A stretch of 64,000 nt of DNA from an uncultured Bacillales bacterium (GCA_946185585.1 CAMHJP010000001.1:15646-79645), one strand, 5' to 3'. Positions 41,724-51,292 are shown, counted from the stretch's first letter. The notes: generated by a model not told the origin, from the sequence alone. Made by a program: numbers and translations.

Positions 41724-42984
41724 TTCTAGACCTCAATAGTTTTTCAATATCACTAACTTCTTTAATGACGTCCTTAGAAAGGACTTCACGACCATTTTCA
41801 GTTACTAAAACATCGTCTTCAATACGAATACCGATGTTATATTCAGCAAAATATAATCCAGGTTCAACGGTAACGACGTTACCTGGAACAAGAGCACTAC
41901 TACGATCTGTTCCATCATGGGTGTCTAATCCTAAATGATGGGACACGCTATGGTAGTAAACACGGGTTATTTCTTCTTTAGAAGAGATTAAACCCTTGGC
42001 AAAGCATTCTTCAGCAAGGAAGTTCTTAGCGAAATCGTTTAATTCAACGAGTGTAATTCCTGGACGAATGAAGTTAATTGTAGCCTTGTTACACTCTAAA
42101 ACGATTTCGTAGATCTTCTTTTGAAGATCGCTATATTTTCCATTAATTGGGAAGGTACGTGAAATATCCGCTGAATAATGGGATTTAGCAGCACCTAAAT
42201 CAAATAAAACGAGTTCTCCATCATTAAGCATATCTTTGGCTTCTGGATAATGGAGGATGACACCGTTTTTTCCACTAGCAATGATGGTATCAAAAGCTAA
42301 TGTTGTTCCGTATTCTTCAAAAATGGAATATTCAAAAGCGTTACGTAAGTTATATTCATATCGACCTGGTTTCATGACACGTAATGCGTTACGAATTCCA
42401 AGATCTGTTGTTTCAATTGCTTCACGAATACAGTCGATTTCTGCTGGTGATTTCACCATTCTTTCTTTTAAAATCATCTGATTTACGTCGATGACTTTGG
42501 TTTGATATTTTTTCTTTAATTCTTCAGCATAATGAACTGTGGAAACACATTCATCAATCTTTAATTCTTTTTCTAAATCAAGATAGACTTGGTCGATTTG
42601 ACCGAAATGAGACATGTTGTTTGAGAATGCGGCTTCAATCTTTCCTTCAAATGTCGAACGCATTAAGACTGTTTCAATACCAGAGATTTCTCTAGCTTCT
42701 TCAACAGTCATCTTAATGCCAGTCCATTTTTCAATCTTTTCATTCTTCTCATCAATAAAAAGATATTCGTTCATTTCTCCATCACATTTTACTAGTAAAA
42801 GAACAGAGTTTTCTTGTTCAATTCCAGTTAAATAGTAGAAATTACGGTTAATATCGAACGGGAAAGATTCATCTCCACTTTTCTTTCTAGCTTGTCCAGC
42901 AAAAAGAATGAGTAGAGAATTATTCTCTAACTTATCTAAGATTTTATTTCTTCTTGAAGAATATTCGTTTGCGTTAATCATCAT
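41716..42984 (-). CDS. Xaa-Pro aminopeptidase (M24B family)
   Basis: 422 aa with HSVSHHLGLDTHD and a pita-bread-fold metal ligand pattern. Confidence 0.85.
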   Translation of the reverse strand: MMINANEYSSRRNKILDKLENNSLLILFAGQARKKSGDESFPFDINRNFYYLTGIEQENSVLLLVKCDGEMNEYLFIDEKNEKIEKWTGIKMTVEEAREISGIETVLMRSTFEGKIEAAFSNNMSHFGQIDQVYLDLEKELKIDECVSTVHYAEELKKKYQTKVIDVNQMILKERMVKSPAEIDCIREAIETTDLGIRNALRVMKPGRYEYNLRNAFEYSIFEEYGTTLAFDTIIASGKNGVILHYPEAKDMLNDGELVLFDLGAAKSHYSADISRTFPINGKYSDLQKKIYEIVLECNKATINFIRPGITLVELNDFAKNFLAEECFAKGLISSKEEITRVYYHSVSHHLGLDTHDGTDRSSALVPGNVVTVEPGLYFAEYNIGIRIEDDVLVTENGREVLSKDVIKEVSDIEKLLRSRNE

Positions 42985-42993
42985 TGCACCTTC

Positions 42994-43587
42994 TTATCTA
43001 TGATAAATTGTTTTTGTTCCAACGACTTCTAAGTAGGAGTGTGGGAAATGGTTTACTAATGTTTCCCCAATTTCTTCCGGGGCTAAAACATCAACTTTTA
43101 TTGTATCTTCATATTGGACATTTTCCAATGAAAATGAATCCATCTTTGCGAGATGTTTTAATTCATCGAATTGGGAATAAGTTAATTCAACTCGGTAGAC
43201 ATAAACTTGTTCAATCTCGAGTAGATCAGCGCTTTCGAGAACTTGAACACCAGTTTCTAAGTAGGTTGACATGAGTCGAGATGCACCAAGCAAAACCCCA
43301 CCAAAATATCGCACAACTACCAGCAAAACCTCATCCATTTCCTTTTTTTCAAGTAGATTCATCAGTGGTCTTCCAGCGGTTTTTGCTGGTTCACCATCAT
43401 CACTACATTTCTTTTGTCCGTGGATAGAGTAGGCATAACAATAATGTTTTGCTTTTGGGTATTGTTTCTTGATTTCAGTTAAATAATTTTTAACTTCGCT
43501 CACATCTTTAACGTGAAGTAAAATGCCGATAAAACTCGATCGGTCACGAATTAACGTTATTTCTCTTCTCTCTAAGATGGTTACCAT
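42994..43587 (-). CDS. IMPACT/YigZ-family protein (UPF0029)
   Basis: 197 aa with SDDGEPAKTAGRP and VVVRYFGG. Confidence 0.75.
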   Translation of the reverse strand: MVTILERREITLIRDRSSFIGILLHVKDVSEVKNYLTEIKKQYPKAKHYCYAYSIHGQKKCSDDGEPAKTAGRPLMNLLEKKEMDEVLLVVVRYFGGVLLGASRLMSTYLETGVQVLESADLLEIEQVYVYRVELTYSQFDELKHLAKMDSFSLENVQYEDTIKVDVLAPEEIGETLVNHFPHSYLEVVGTKTIYHR

Positions 43588-43635
43588 GTGTTTAATTATA
43601 CATTTTAGAAATTAAATTGTATAATCAGTTTAATT

Positions 43636-44451
43636 ATGAACAAGAAATGTCCATATTGTGAAAAGGAATATCCAGAGGTCAGTCGATACTGTCCTTATTG
43701 TGGTTCACCTAATCCAGCATACAAGCAAATTAAAGGCCCAAGTCTAGATATTGCTCGACAAATTCTTTTGTTTGTAATTGGTTTTATTGGTTTCCAAATT
43801 GTTGGTACGCTTCTTGAAGTTCCTTTTTATTTCAAAGCAATAAGTGATTTTGGATCAGACAAAAAAGCAATTGTTGAATATTTAACAAGTGCACCTGTGT
43901 CGATGTTTATTAATGCATTTTCTTATTGCATTATCTTTACTGTTTTAACCTTTGCTGCAAAGCCTGGATTAAGAAATCTATTCCAGTCATTTAAGGATAA
44001 GAAACCTTATATTGCTGCACTCATCACAATGGCATGCATTTATGGATTTAACATTGCTTATAACATCTTTCTAAATTCTCTTGGTGTTAGCGTAATCGCT
44101 AACGATAACCAAAGCACACTTGATTCGATTGTTAAAATCTATCCACTTATCTCTTTAGTTGTATTTGGCATAATGGGCCCAATTTGTGAAGAATTAACTT
44201 ATCGAGTTGGCTTATTTGATTGTGTTAAAAGAAAGAATCGCTATTTGGCATACGCCGTTACAATTATTGTATTCACTTTGATTCACTTTGACTTTGCCTC
44301 AACCAACATGGTGAATGAATTACTAAATATTCCGTTCTATGCTGTTGCGGCATTTGCATTCACGTTTATTTATGACCAATATGGATTTGCTGCATCGGTT
44401 TCAGCACACATTACGAATAACTTAATTTCAATTATTATTTCAATTATTTAG
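43636..44451 (+). CDS. CPBP-family intramembrane metalloprotease (CAAX protease/Abi-like) with N-terminal zinc ribbon
   Basis: 271 aa. CPYCEK...CPYCGS zinc-ribbon N-terminus, then multiple TM helices with an EELTYR motif and conserved His. Confidence 0.7.
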   Translation: MNKKCPYCEKEYPEVSRYCPYCGSPNPAYKQIKGPSLDIARQILLFVIGFIGFQIVGTLLEVPFYFKAISDFGSDKKAIVEYLTSAPVSMFINAFSYCIIFTVLTFAAKPGLRNLFQSFKDKKPYIAALITMACIYGFNIAYNIFLNSLGVSVIANDNQSTLDSIVKIYPLISLVVFGIMGPICEELTYRVGLFDCVKRKNRYLAYAVTIIVFTLIHFDFASTNMVNELLNIPFYAVAAFAFTFIYDQYGFAASVSAHITNNLISIIISII

Positions 44452-44452
44452 T

Positions 44453-45304
44453 ATGACTCAAAAGTTTTCCTACCACATCTTCTCATCATTCTGGATTAAG
44501 GTTATTGCCTTGTTTTTAATGACACTAGATCACATAGCAAAATTCATGTATTTTAACGGAATTTCACCGCAAATTGCGGATATTTTAGAAATTATTGGTC
44601 GTTTGGGATTCCCGTTATTTATCCTTCTTTTAGTGGAAGGAGTAAGACACACCAGAAACTTTGGAAAATACATTCTTCGATTAGGAATATTGGCTGGTGC
44701 AGTTCTACTTGGGCAGATTGTTATCCACCACTTCTTTATGGATATTTATGGATTTTATTCGCCAATTATTGATTTGGTTTTATGTGCATTAACTTTATAT
44801 TTATTAAAACAAAGAAATAAGAAGTCTTTCTTAGCGATCATCCCGATTGCCTATATTCTTCTTTCCTTTGTTGTCATGGTTTTAGAAAACTCTAACGACA
44901 TTGAGATTTGGTGGTTCCCGTTCTATTTAAGAAGTGGATATAACATTTTTGCTTTACTACTTTCACTAGGATTCTTCTATGCCTATCCACTAGCAAAAGT
45001 GATGATGAAAAACTTTGGTAATAGTGTTGATAATTTAGAAGGGACAGCTTACGAAAGGCTATTTGTAAACACATTAATGTGTTTCGTGGTCTTTTTAACA
45101 GTTCTTATTGTCTACTTAATTAGTCTTGTTCCATATGCTGATATTTATCACATTGCGCATGAATCATATTCCGTTCTTGCTGTTATCTTTATCTTTATGT
45201 ATAGCGGAGAACTTGGTTATAATAAGAGCTGGTTTAAGTATGGCGCATACGTCTACTTCCCATTACATATTGCGATAATATTCTTAATCTTTTTACTTAT
45301 TTAG
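44453..45304 (+). CDS. TraX-family membrane protein
   Basis: 283 aa polytopic protein. The N-terminus WIKVIALFLMTLDHIAKF matches the TraX-family pattern. Confidence 0.5.
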   Translation: MTQKFSYHIFSSFWIKVIALFLMTLDHIAKFMYFNGISPQIADILEIIGRLGFPLFILLLVEGVRHTRNFGKYILRLGILAGAVLLGQIVIHHFFMDIYGFYSPIIDLVLCALTLYLLKQRNKKSFLAIIPIAYILLSFVVMVLENSNDIEIWWFPFYLRSGYNIFALLLSLGFFYAYPLAKVMMKNFGNSVDNLEGTAYERLFVNTLMCFVVFLTVLIVYLISLVPYADIYHIAHESYSVLAVIFIFMYSGELGYNKSWFKYGAYVYFPLHIAIIFLIFLLI

Positions 45305-45315
45305 GAGGAGTTAAT

Positions 45316-45615
45316 ATGATTAAACATTTAGAAAAAGAAGCTGATTTCGAATCAGAAATTAAAGATGGTCGAGTCCTTGTCGACTTCTATGCCGATTGGT
45401 GTGGACCATGCCAAATGCTCGCACCAAATCTCGAACAACTTTCCAAGGAAGACGATATTAAGATCATTAAGATTGATGTTGATTCTTTACCAGGAATTGC
45501 TCGTACATATCGCGTCATGGCTATCCCAACATTACTTCTCTTTGAGAATGGTCAATTAAAGAAACGAGAAACGGCTTATATGCCAATTGAACAATTACGT
45601 CGTTTCGTTTCTTAA
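45316..45615 (+). CDS. trxA: Thioredoxin
   Basis: 99 aa with WCGPCQ. Confidence 0.9.
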   Translation: MIKHLEKEADFESEIKDGRVLVDFYADWCGPCQMLAPNLEQLSKEDDIKIIKIDVDSLPGIARTYRVMAIPTLLLFENGQLKKRETAYMPIEQLRRFVS

Positions 45616-45668
45616 AAAATACTCTTTTCAATACGAATAAGATGTGATAACATTTATCTCGCACTGAG

Positions 45669-45743
45669 GACCGTTGGTATATCGGTTTATTATGCCTCCC
45701 TGTCACGGAGGCGAGAGGGGTTCGACTCCCCTACGGTCCGCCA
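45669..45743 (+). tRNA. tRNA-Asp (GTC)
   Basis: GGACCGT acceptor paired with ACGGTCC, anticodon loop CTGTCAC, T-loop GGTTCGA, and 3' GCCA. The D-arm is AT-rich with a weak stem. Confidence 0.8.
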
Positions 45744-45749
45744 GACAGT

Positions 45750-45823
45750 GCAGATGTAGTTCAGTGGTAGAACATCAGCCTTCCAAGCTGATTATGCGGG
45801 TTCGATTCCCGTCATCTGCTCCA
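45750..45823 (+). tRNA. tRNA-Gly (TCC)
   Basis: GCAGATG/CATCTGC acceptor, D-arm TAGTTCAGTGGTAGAACA, anticodon loop CTTCCAA, and encoded CCA. Confidence 0.9.
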
Positions 45824-45839
45824 CTTGACAATGTTATAT

Positions 45840-45866
45840 GGTTTCGAGAGATCGAAACTTTTTTTA
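45840..45866 (+). terminator. Rho-independent terminator after the tRNA pair
   Basis: GGTTTCGAgagaTCGAAACttttttt. Confidence 0.7.
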
Positions 45867-45944
45867 TTCTTAAAGAAAGATATAGAAAATAAAATTAATA
45901 TTAATTTTTTGTGATATGATTAAGTTGAAATTGGAGAAAAGAAT

Positions 45945-46271
45945 ATGAAATATTGTCCACATTGCGGCACCGAGATAGCCGAAGATGCTCGTTTCTGTGC
46001 AAACTGCGGTTGCCCAGTAAATACTGGCAATCTACCAGCAAATAGAGCTGAAGAACCTGTTATTCGCACAGTCGCTAAAGTCTTTATGATTATTTCCGCT
46101 GTGATATGCGGATTTGCGATTATTCCACTTTGCTGGATGATCCCAATGACTGTTCACTACTTTAATGTCACTGAAAGAGGCGAAAAAGCTACTGCTACTT
46201 TCGCTGTTTGCACACTACTATTTTGTAGTTTAGTTGCTGGCATCTTAATGCTAGTTGATGATGATCGATAA
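45945..46271 (+). CDS. Zinc-ribbon domain membrane protein
   Basis: 108 aa with CPHCG...CANCGC N-terminus and 2 TM helices. The last 17 nt overlap the rdgB start. Confidence 0.5.
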   Translation: MKYCPHCGTEIAEDARFCANCGCPVNTGNLPANRAEEPVIRTVAKVFMIISAVICGFAIIPLCWMIPMTVHYFNVTERGEKATATFAVCTLLFCSLVAGILMLVDDDR

Positions 46272-46866
46272 AATGTTTGATTTATTAGTTGCTACAAATA
46301 ACGCCCATAAGATTCATGAGTATGAAGAAATGTTTTCTCCATACGGAATTAAAGTTCACTCACCGAAAGAACTTGGTATCCATGTTGATCCTGATGAAAA
46401 TGGAACAACTTTTGAAGCAAATTCATTGATAAAAGCTAGAGCTTTACAAGAATTTACTAAGATGCCTTTAATCGCCGATGACTCGGGATTATGCGTGAAC
46501 GCATTAAACGGATTCCCTGGATTACATACAGCTCGCTTTGCTTCAGAAAATGGTGGCAACGCGATAGCTAATCTAAAGCTAATCGAGATGCTAAAAGACT
46601 ACGAAGATAAATCCGCAAACTTTGTTTGTGTGATTACTCTTTTAAATGTTGAAGATCAACCAGTTGTCTTTAAAGGAATTTGTCCAGGAAAGATTCTTCC
46701 TGCGCCTCAGGGAGAACATGGGTTTGGTTATGACCCAATCTTTTATAGCAATGAAGCGAAGATTTGTTTTGGCATCGCTCCAGAAGAAGTTAAAAACACT
46801 TATTCGCACCGTGCTTTAGCGTTAAAACAACTACTAAGTTATTTAAAAACAAAACATTTAATTTAA
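46255..46866 (+). CDS. rdgB: dITP/XTP pyrophosphatase (RdgB/Ham1 family)
   Basis: 203 aa with ATNNAHKIHE, SGxxxxA-like (DDSGLCV) and FGYDPIF. Confidence 0.9.
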   Translation: MMMIDKMFDLLVATNNAHKIHEYEEMFSPYGIKVHSPKELGIHVDPDENGTTFEANSLIKARALQEFTKMPLIADDSGLCVNALNGFPGLHTARFASENGGNAIANLKLIEMLKDYEDKSANFVCVITLLNVEDQPVVFKGICPGKILPAPQGEHGFGYDPIFYSNEAKICFGIAPEEVKNTYSHRALALKQLLSYLKTKHLI

Positions 46867-46899
46867 TATTTATTAATCTTTGATATAATACATATCGCT

Positions 46900-46990
46900 G
46901 GAGCAGTACCCAAGAGGCTCAAGGGGACGGTTTGCTAAACCGTTAGATCGGGTTACCGGTGCATGGGTTCGAACCCCATCTGCTCCGCCA
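46900..46990 (+). tRNA. tRNA-Ser (GCT)
   Basis: GGAGCAG acceptor, anticodon loop TTGCTAA, long variable arm, and encoded CCA. Confidence 0.9.
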
Positions 46991-46997
46991 CTACAAC

Positions 46998-47026
46998 AAG
47001 TCCTTAAAGGACTTTTTTTATTTTTC
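46998..47026 (+). terminator. Rho-independent terminator
   Basis: aAGTCCTTaAAGGACTttttttatttt. Confidence 0.7.
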
Positions 47027-47037
47027 ATTTCTTTCCT

Positions 47038-47298
47038 GTGGTAATTTGTGGTAATTGTTATAATTTAAATATGGAAACCAACAGATTAAAAGAAGAAACA
47101 AGAACGTTTTTAAAAAAGTATGTTTATCCTTTTTCAAAATATAAACTTATAACTGACGAAAATGCAGATGAGATAGTTGAGTTTATTGTAGATACTTATG
47201 TATCTCCTTTAGTAAATGATCAAGAAGAAGGAAAGCATATCGATGAAAGCCTTCTTAAAAAGGCAGACAATGCAATTGATGATATATGCGATAATTAG
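47038..47298 (+). CDS. Small acidic hypothetical protein
   Basis: 86 aa, possibly starting at the internal METNRL. Translationally coupled to the NUDIX gene with a 3-nt gap. Confidence 0.35.
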   Translation: MVICGNCYNLNMETNRLKEETRTFLKKYVYPFSKYKLITDENADEIVEFIVDTYVSPLVNDQEEGKHIDESLLKKADNAIDDICDN

Positions 47299-47301
47299 TC
47301 T

Positions 47302-47742
47302 ATGATTCAAAACACGTTTAACGAAGAATTCATTAAGAATGACAAATCACACATCCAAAAGAAAACCAAACTCACGATTATGTGTATGGTTTATAAGGAT
47401 GATGGATCTTTTCTTGTTGAAAATAGAGTTAAGAAGGATTGGCCAGGATTAACATTTCCAGGTGGACACGTAGAAGATGATGAATACATCACCGATGCTG
47501 TCATTCGCGAGATGAAAGAAGAGACTGGTTTAACTGTTTCTAACCTAGAACCACGAGGATATATTGAGTGGAACAACTTCGGAGATGATGTTCGTCATCT
47601 CGCAATGCTATTTAAAACGAAGTCTTTTGAAGGACAAGTCAAGTCTTCCAAAGAAGGCGAAATATTCTTCATTAAAGAGGCGGATATTGAGAAGTATCCT
47701 CTCTCTAATGACTTTCTAAAAATCTACGAATTATTAAAGTAA
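47302..47742 (+). CDS. NUDIX hydrolase
   Basis: 146 aa with Nudix box GGHVEDDEYITDAVIREMKEETGL. Confidence 0.8.
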   Translation: MIQNTFNEEFIKNDKSHIQKKTKLTIMCMVYKDDGSFLVENRVKKDWPGLTFPGGHVEDDEYITDAVIREMKEETGLTVSNLEPRGYIEWNNFGDDVRHLAMLFKTKSFEGQVKSSKEGEIFFIKEADIEKYPLSNDFLKIYELLK

Positions 47743-47760
47743 AATATTCGAGAATTGCAC

Positions 47761-47800
47761 AAAAAAGAACCAGCAAATCCTGGTTCTTTTCATTTTTTTG
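47761..47800. terminator. Bidirectional terminator (AGAACCAGcaaatcCTGGTTCT hairpin)
   Basis: aaaaAGAACCAGcaaatcCTGGTTCTtttcattttttt. Confidence 0.8.
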
Positions 47801-47804
47801 TTAA

Positions 47805-49259
47805 TTAATATGCTCTAGCAAAGAAGACTACTTTTTCAGCCTTCTTGCCACAGACTAAGCACTTATGTTCGAATGGTACTTGGTCGAATGGTAAGCAACG
47901 AGCTGTGGCTTGATAAAGTTCTTTAATTTTATCTTCACAGGCTTGATCACCACACCACATGACTTTGGCGTATCCGCCACGGTCAAGGATTTGACCAAGT
48001 TCTTCAATGGAATGAGCCTCGGTTGTATGTTCAAGAAGATATTTGAATGCTTTTTGATACATTTCATGATGAATGGTTTCCATTAAGCTAGAAACTTCCT
48101 TCACCACATCTTCTTCTTTAGTAACTAGTTTTTGACCATCGTTACGTTTAGCTAAGACACAAACACCGTTAGCAATGTCACGAGGACCAACTTCTAAACG
48201 AAGAGGGATACCTTTCATTTCATATTCGGCATATTTCCAACCTGGTGAACGATCAGAGTCATCAAGTTTTACACGAATTCCAGCTTTTTTAAGAACTTCA
48301 TAATATTCTTTAGCCTTCTTAATAACTTCTGGGTTTTTCATCATAACTGGAATAATAACGACCTGGATTGGTGCGACCTTTGGTGGAAGAACTAATCCGT
48401 TATCATCACCATGAACCATAATGATTGAACCAAGTAATCTTGTAGAAACTCCCCAGGAAGTTTGGAATGGTGCTTGAAGTTTATTTTCTCTATTAGAGAA
48501 AGAAATTCCAAATGCTTTAGCAAATCCATCACCAAAGTAGTGTGTTGTTCCGCTTTGGAGAGCTTTACCATCTGGCATTAATGCTTCAATGGAATAAGTT
48601 TCTTTTGCGCCAGCAAATTTTTCCTTATCAGTTTTAATACCTTTAACGAATGGAACTGCTAATAAGTCACGTCCCATTTCATCATAGATTTCAAGCATGC
48701 GGAGAGCATCTTTTCTTGCTTCTTCTTCGTTTTCATACATCGTATGACCTTCTTGCCAAAGGAATTCGCTACCTCTTAGGAATGGACGAGTTGTTTTTTC
48801 CCAGCGGACAACGCTGCACCATTGGTTATAACGCTTTGGAAGATCACGGTATGATTCAATAATGTTTTTATAGTGTTCACAGAACAAAACTTCACTTGTT
48901 GGACGAATAATAAGTTCGTCATCAAGAACGTTTTTACCACCTTTGGTGGCAATTAATGTTTCTGGAGCAAAGCCACTAACGTGGTCTTTTTCCTTTTGAA
49001 ATAATGAACTAGGAATAACTAAAGGCATGTAGACATTTTCTACACCGACATTTTTAAATTTCGCATCTAAATAATGTTGAATTTCTTCCCAGATGGCATA
49101 GCCATAAGGACGATAAATAATAAAACCTTTGACTGAACTATAATCCATTAGTTCAGCTTTTTTACAGACGTCTGTATACCACTGGGCAAAGTCGTCTTCC
49201 TGGCGTGTAATAGCGTCATTTTTCATTTGTGCCATAAACATCTCCTTCATATTAATCAC
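47805..49259 (-). CDS. proS: Prolyl-tRNA synthetase, archaeal/eukaryotic-type (short, no editing insertion)
   Basis: About 480 aa class II enzyme with a C-terminal zinc-binding extension (CLVCGKK). The start is ambiguous among four Met codons in MINMKEMFMAQM. The ORF-track start overlaps the upstream gene by 8 nt. Confidence 0.9.
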   Translation of the reverse strand: MINMKEMFMAQMKNDAITRQEDDFAQWYTDVCKKAELMDYSSVKGFIIYRPYGYAIWEEIQHYLDAKFKNVGVENVYMPLVIPSSLFQKEKDHVSGFAPETLIATKGGKNVLDDELIIRPTSEVLFCEHYKNIIESYRDLPKRYNQWCSVVRWEKTTRPFLRGSEFLWQEGHTMYENEEEARKDALRMLEIYDEMGRDLLAVPFVKGIKTDKEKFAGAKETYSIEALMPDGKALQSGTTHYFGDGFAKAFGISFSNRENKLQAPFQTSWGVSTRLLGSIIMVHGDDNGLVLPPKVAPIQVVIIPVMMKNPEVIKKAKEYYEVLKKAGIRVKLDDSDRSPGWKYAEYEMKGIPLRLEVGPRDIANGVCVLAKRNDGQKLVTKEEDVVKEVSSLMETIHHEMYQKAFKYLLEHTTEAHSIEELGQILDRGGYAKVMWCGDQACEDKIKELYQATARCLPFDQVPFEHKCLVCGKKAEKVVFFARAY

Positions 49260-50991
49260 TCATTTTATCTAATTTAAGGATGGTCTTCTTCGAGATTGGA
49301 AGGACATTTTCATCACTTGGGCTAATCACTTCACTAGAAACGATTTCAATACCTAATCGAACTAATAGTTCGACGGCATCCCAAGAGATCATATTGTCTG
49401 CAACAAGAATCTTATTAAATTTCAGTAAGTTCTCGATGAGGTTTTGAAAAATTGGTAAATGGTTCATTGAACGGTTAGAAAGTTGTGTATCCGCATCAAT
49501 GATAAAGTAATCAAAAGATTCATAAATCTTTGGAAGCAATGTTAATTCACTCTTATCTTTTAAACGGAGCGCTGCGGCATAACCATTTGAACGAAGGTTT
49601 GTCACCATCGAAATCACTGATTCGGTCGACATTGATGGAAGATCAATAAAGTCTTGTTCAGCAATACAAATAACAATCTTTGTTTCTTTAATACCGTTAA
49701 TGTGTGAGAGCGTACGAGCGACAAAAGCGATTTCGTTATAACTCACATCAAAGAATAAAGTGTGGTTTTTCTCAGACTTTTGCTGGATAAATCGTGAAAT
49801 AGAGTTACGAGCAATCGTCGAGAAAAGCTCACGGTCATCATTTGTTTTATAAGCGTAACTCTTCAGTTCTTCAATTGAACCAAAGAAGGAATCTAAAGGC
49901 TTAATAATAGCCTTATAACCAATCGTTCTTTGACGTCCAACATCATAAATTGGACGATATAAATATTGGAAACGTTTATCAAAGATAATACGTTCAACTT
50001 CTGTACGATAGTTTTGAGAATTAACTGGTGAAATTGATTCCCCATTCTCTTCATAGAAGAGATAAGTCAATCCTTCTTCTTGAGCACTCTTGGCTAATTT
50101 TTCACCTTCAACAATAATCTTTTCTAAATCAGAATCGAGAAGTTTATTTTCAATAATCGCAATCGAATATGACATAAAATCAACTGAAGAGTGAACAGAC
50201 ATACGACGTCTAGTTTCCACTTCGATTGTATGTAAGGCTTGAACAACTTGTCCACGAATCGATGCTTTAAAATCAGTTATAAAGATTTCATCATCACTAT
50301 ATTCAATCATCATTCGATCTTTACTAATGAATGGAACAAGAGCGTTTTTAATGGTAACGAAATCGAGCCTTGAAATCTTTTCAGTGGAATTGGTTCTAAA
50401 GAACTTCACACAGCAGGTGAAACCACGATTTGGTTTTTCTTTTAAAGTTGCTGATAAACCAGCCTGTGTAGAGAACTTATAGAATCCTTCATTATTACGG
50501 CGAGAACGAGAAACATTCATGAATCTTAATAAGTGGGATTCGAGGTGAATAATTTGATTTTCGTAATCAATCTTTGTTACTTGTAACAAAGTGAAATATT
50601 TTTTACGATTACGATGAACAATAACACTAATTTCTAATGTTTGTGGAGTATCCGCGTCTTTATCAAGTAAAGAACCAACCCAGTCAATCAAACGTTCACG
50701 TTCGTTAGATGGGAACATGTTATAGAAATTGGTTAATGTAGAACTACGACGACGTCTAATCGAAGAAGCATTGTAGTAATCAGTTTTGTCGTTTTTAATA
50801 TCGAGTCTAAAAACACGAATTGAGTTCGATGAATCCTGAATTTTTCCAGCAAAAAGGACATCCCTTCTTTTCGAGACAATAAAAGAGATGACGATAAACA
50901 GTAAAAGAACGATTAAAAATAAAAGACCCCCATTAAGAAGGTATTTATCCAGAGTTGACTCAGCTAAAATCGACATAGAAATATTATACAC
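49252..50991 (-). CDS. Membrane-anchored protein with degenerate EAL domain
   Basis: 579 aa with one N-terminal TM helix. The C-terminal roughly 250 aa has an EAL-domain layout (RPIYDVGRQRTIGYKAII), but the EAL triad reads KAI and the DDFGTG loop is not conserved. Confidence 0.55.
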   Translation of the reverse strand: MYNISMSILAESTLDKYLLNGGLLFLIVLLLFIVISFIVSKRRDVLFAGKIQDSSNSIRVFRLDIKNDKTDYYNASSIRRRRSSTLTNFYNMFPSNERERLIDWVGSLLDKDADTPQTLEISVIVHRNRKKYFTLLQVTKIDYENQIIHLESHLLRFMNVSRSRRNNEGFYKFSTQAGLSATLKEKPNRGFTCCVKFFRTNSTEKISRLDFVTIKNALVPFISKDRMMIEYSDDEIFITDFKASIRGQVVQALHTIEVETRRRMSVHSSVDFMSYSIAIIENKLLDSDLEKIIVEGEKLAKSAQEEGLTYLFYEENGESISPVNSQNYRTEVERIIFDKRFQYLYRPIYDVGRQRTIGYKAIIKPLDSFFGSIEELKSYAYKTNDDRELFSTIARNSISRFIQQKSEKNHTLFFDVSYNEIAFVARTLSHINGIKETKIVICIAEQDFIDLPSMSTESVISMVTNLRSNGYAAALRLKDKSELTLLPKIYESFDYFIIDADTQLSNRSMNHLPIFQNLIENLLKFNKILVADNMISWDAVELLVRLGIEIVSSEVISPSDENVLPISKKTILKLDKMSD

Positions 50992-51117
50992 GTGATTAAA
51001 TTATATACAACAAATGTTGTAAAAATAATACGATTTAATCAAAGATTAGACACCGTTTATAGGGCAAACAGTTTCTTATACAAACAATCAGTAGATATGA
51101 TATAATAGTCGCCAGCT

Positions 51118-51208
51118 GGAGAAATACCCAAGCGGCTGAAGGGGCTGGTTTCGAAAACCGGTAGGAGGTGCAAGCTTCGCGGGGGTTCAAATCCCTCTTT
51201 CTCCGCCC
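51118..51208 (+). tRNA. tRNA-Ser (CGA)
   Basis: GGAGAAA/TTTCTCC acceptor, anticodon loop TTCGAAA, long variable arm, and T-loop GGTTCAAAT. The 3' end reads G-CCCA rather than G-CCA. Confidence 0.8.
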
Positions 51209-51213
51209 AAAAC

Positions 51214-51262
51214 ACGATCCCAGAAATTAATAAAAAACGGGATCTTTTTTTATCCCGATTTT
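51214..51262. terminator. Hairpin/T-tract terminator region after tRNA-Ser
   Basis: GATCCC...GGGATCttttttt followed by ATCCCGAttttt. These are alternative hairpins sharing one arm. Confidence 0.5.
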
Positions 51263-51292
51263 TCTAATTTTAGCCAAGATTTGCTGGTAAAT

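Noticed and set aside
45669-46990. Possible genomic island or prophage integration at the tRNA-Asp/Gly and tRNA-Ser loci
   Set aside because: No integrase, phage gene or direct repeat of a tRNA 3' end is seen. Flanking genes are housekeeping (trxA, rdgB, NUDIX, proS).
51118-51208. tRNA-Ser(CGA) as a pseudogene
   Set aside because: All stems, the anticodon loop and the T-loop are intact. Only the 3' CCA is non-canonical (CCCA), which does not preclude function.
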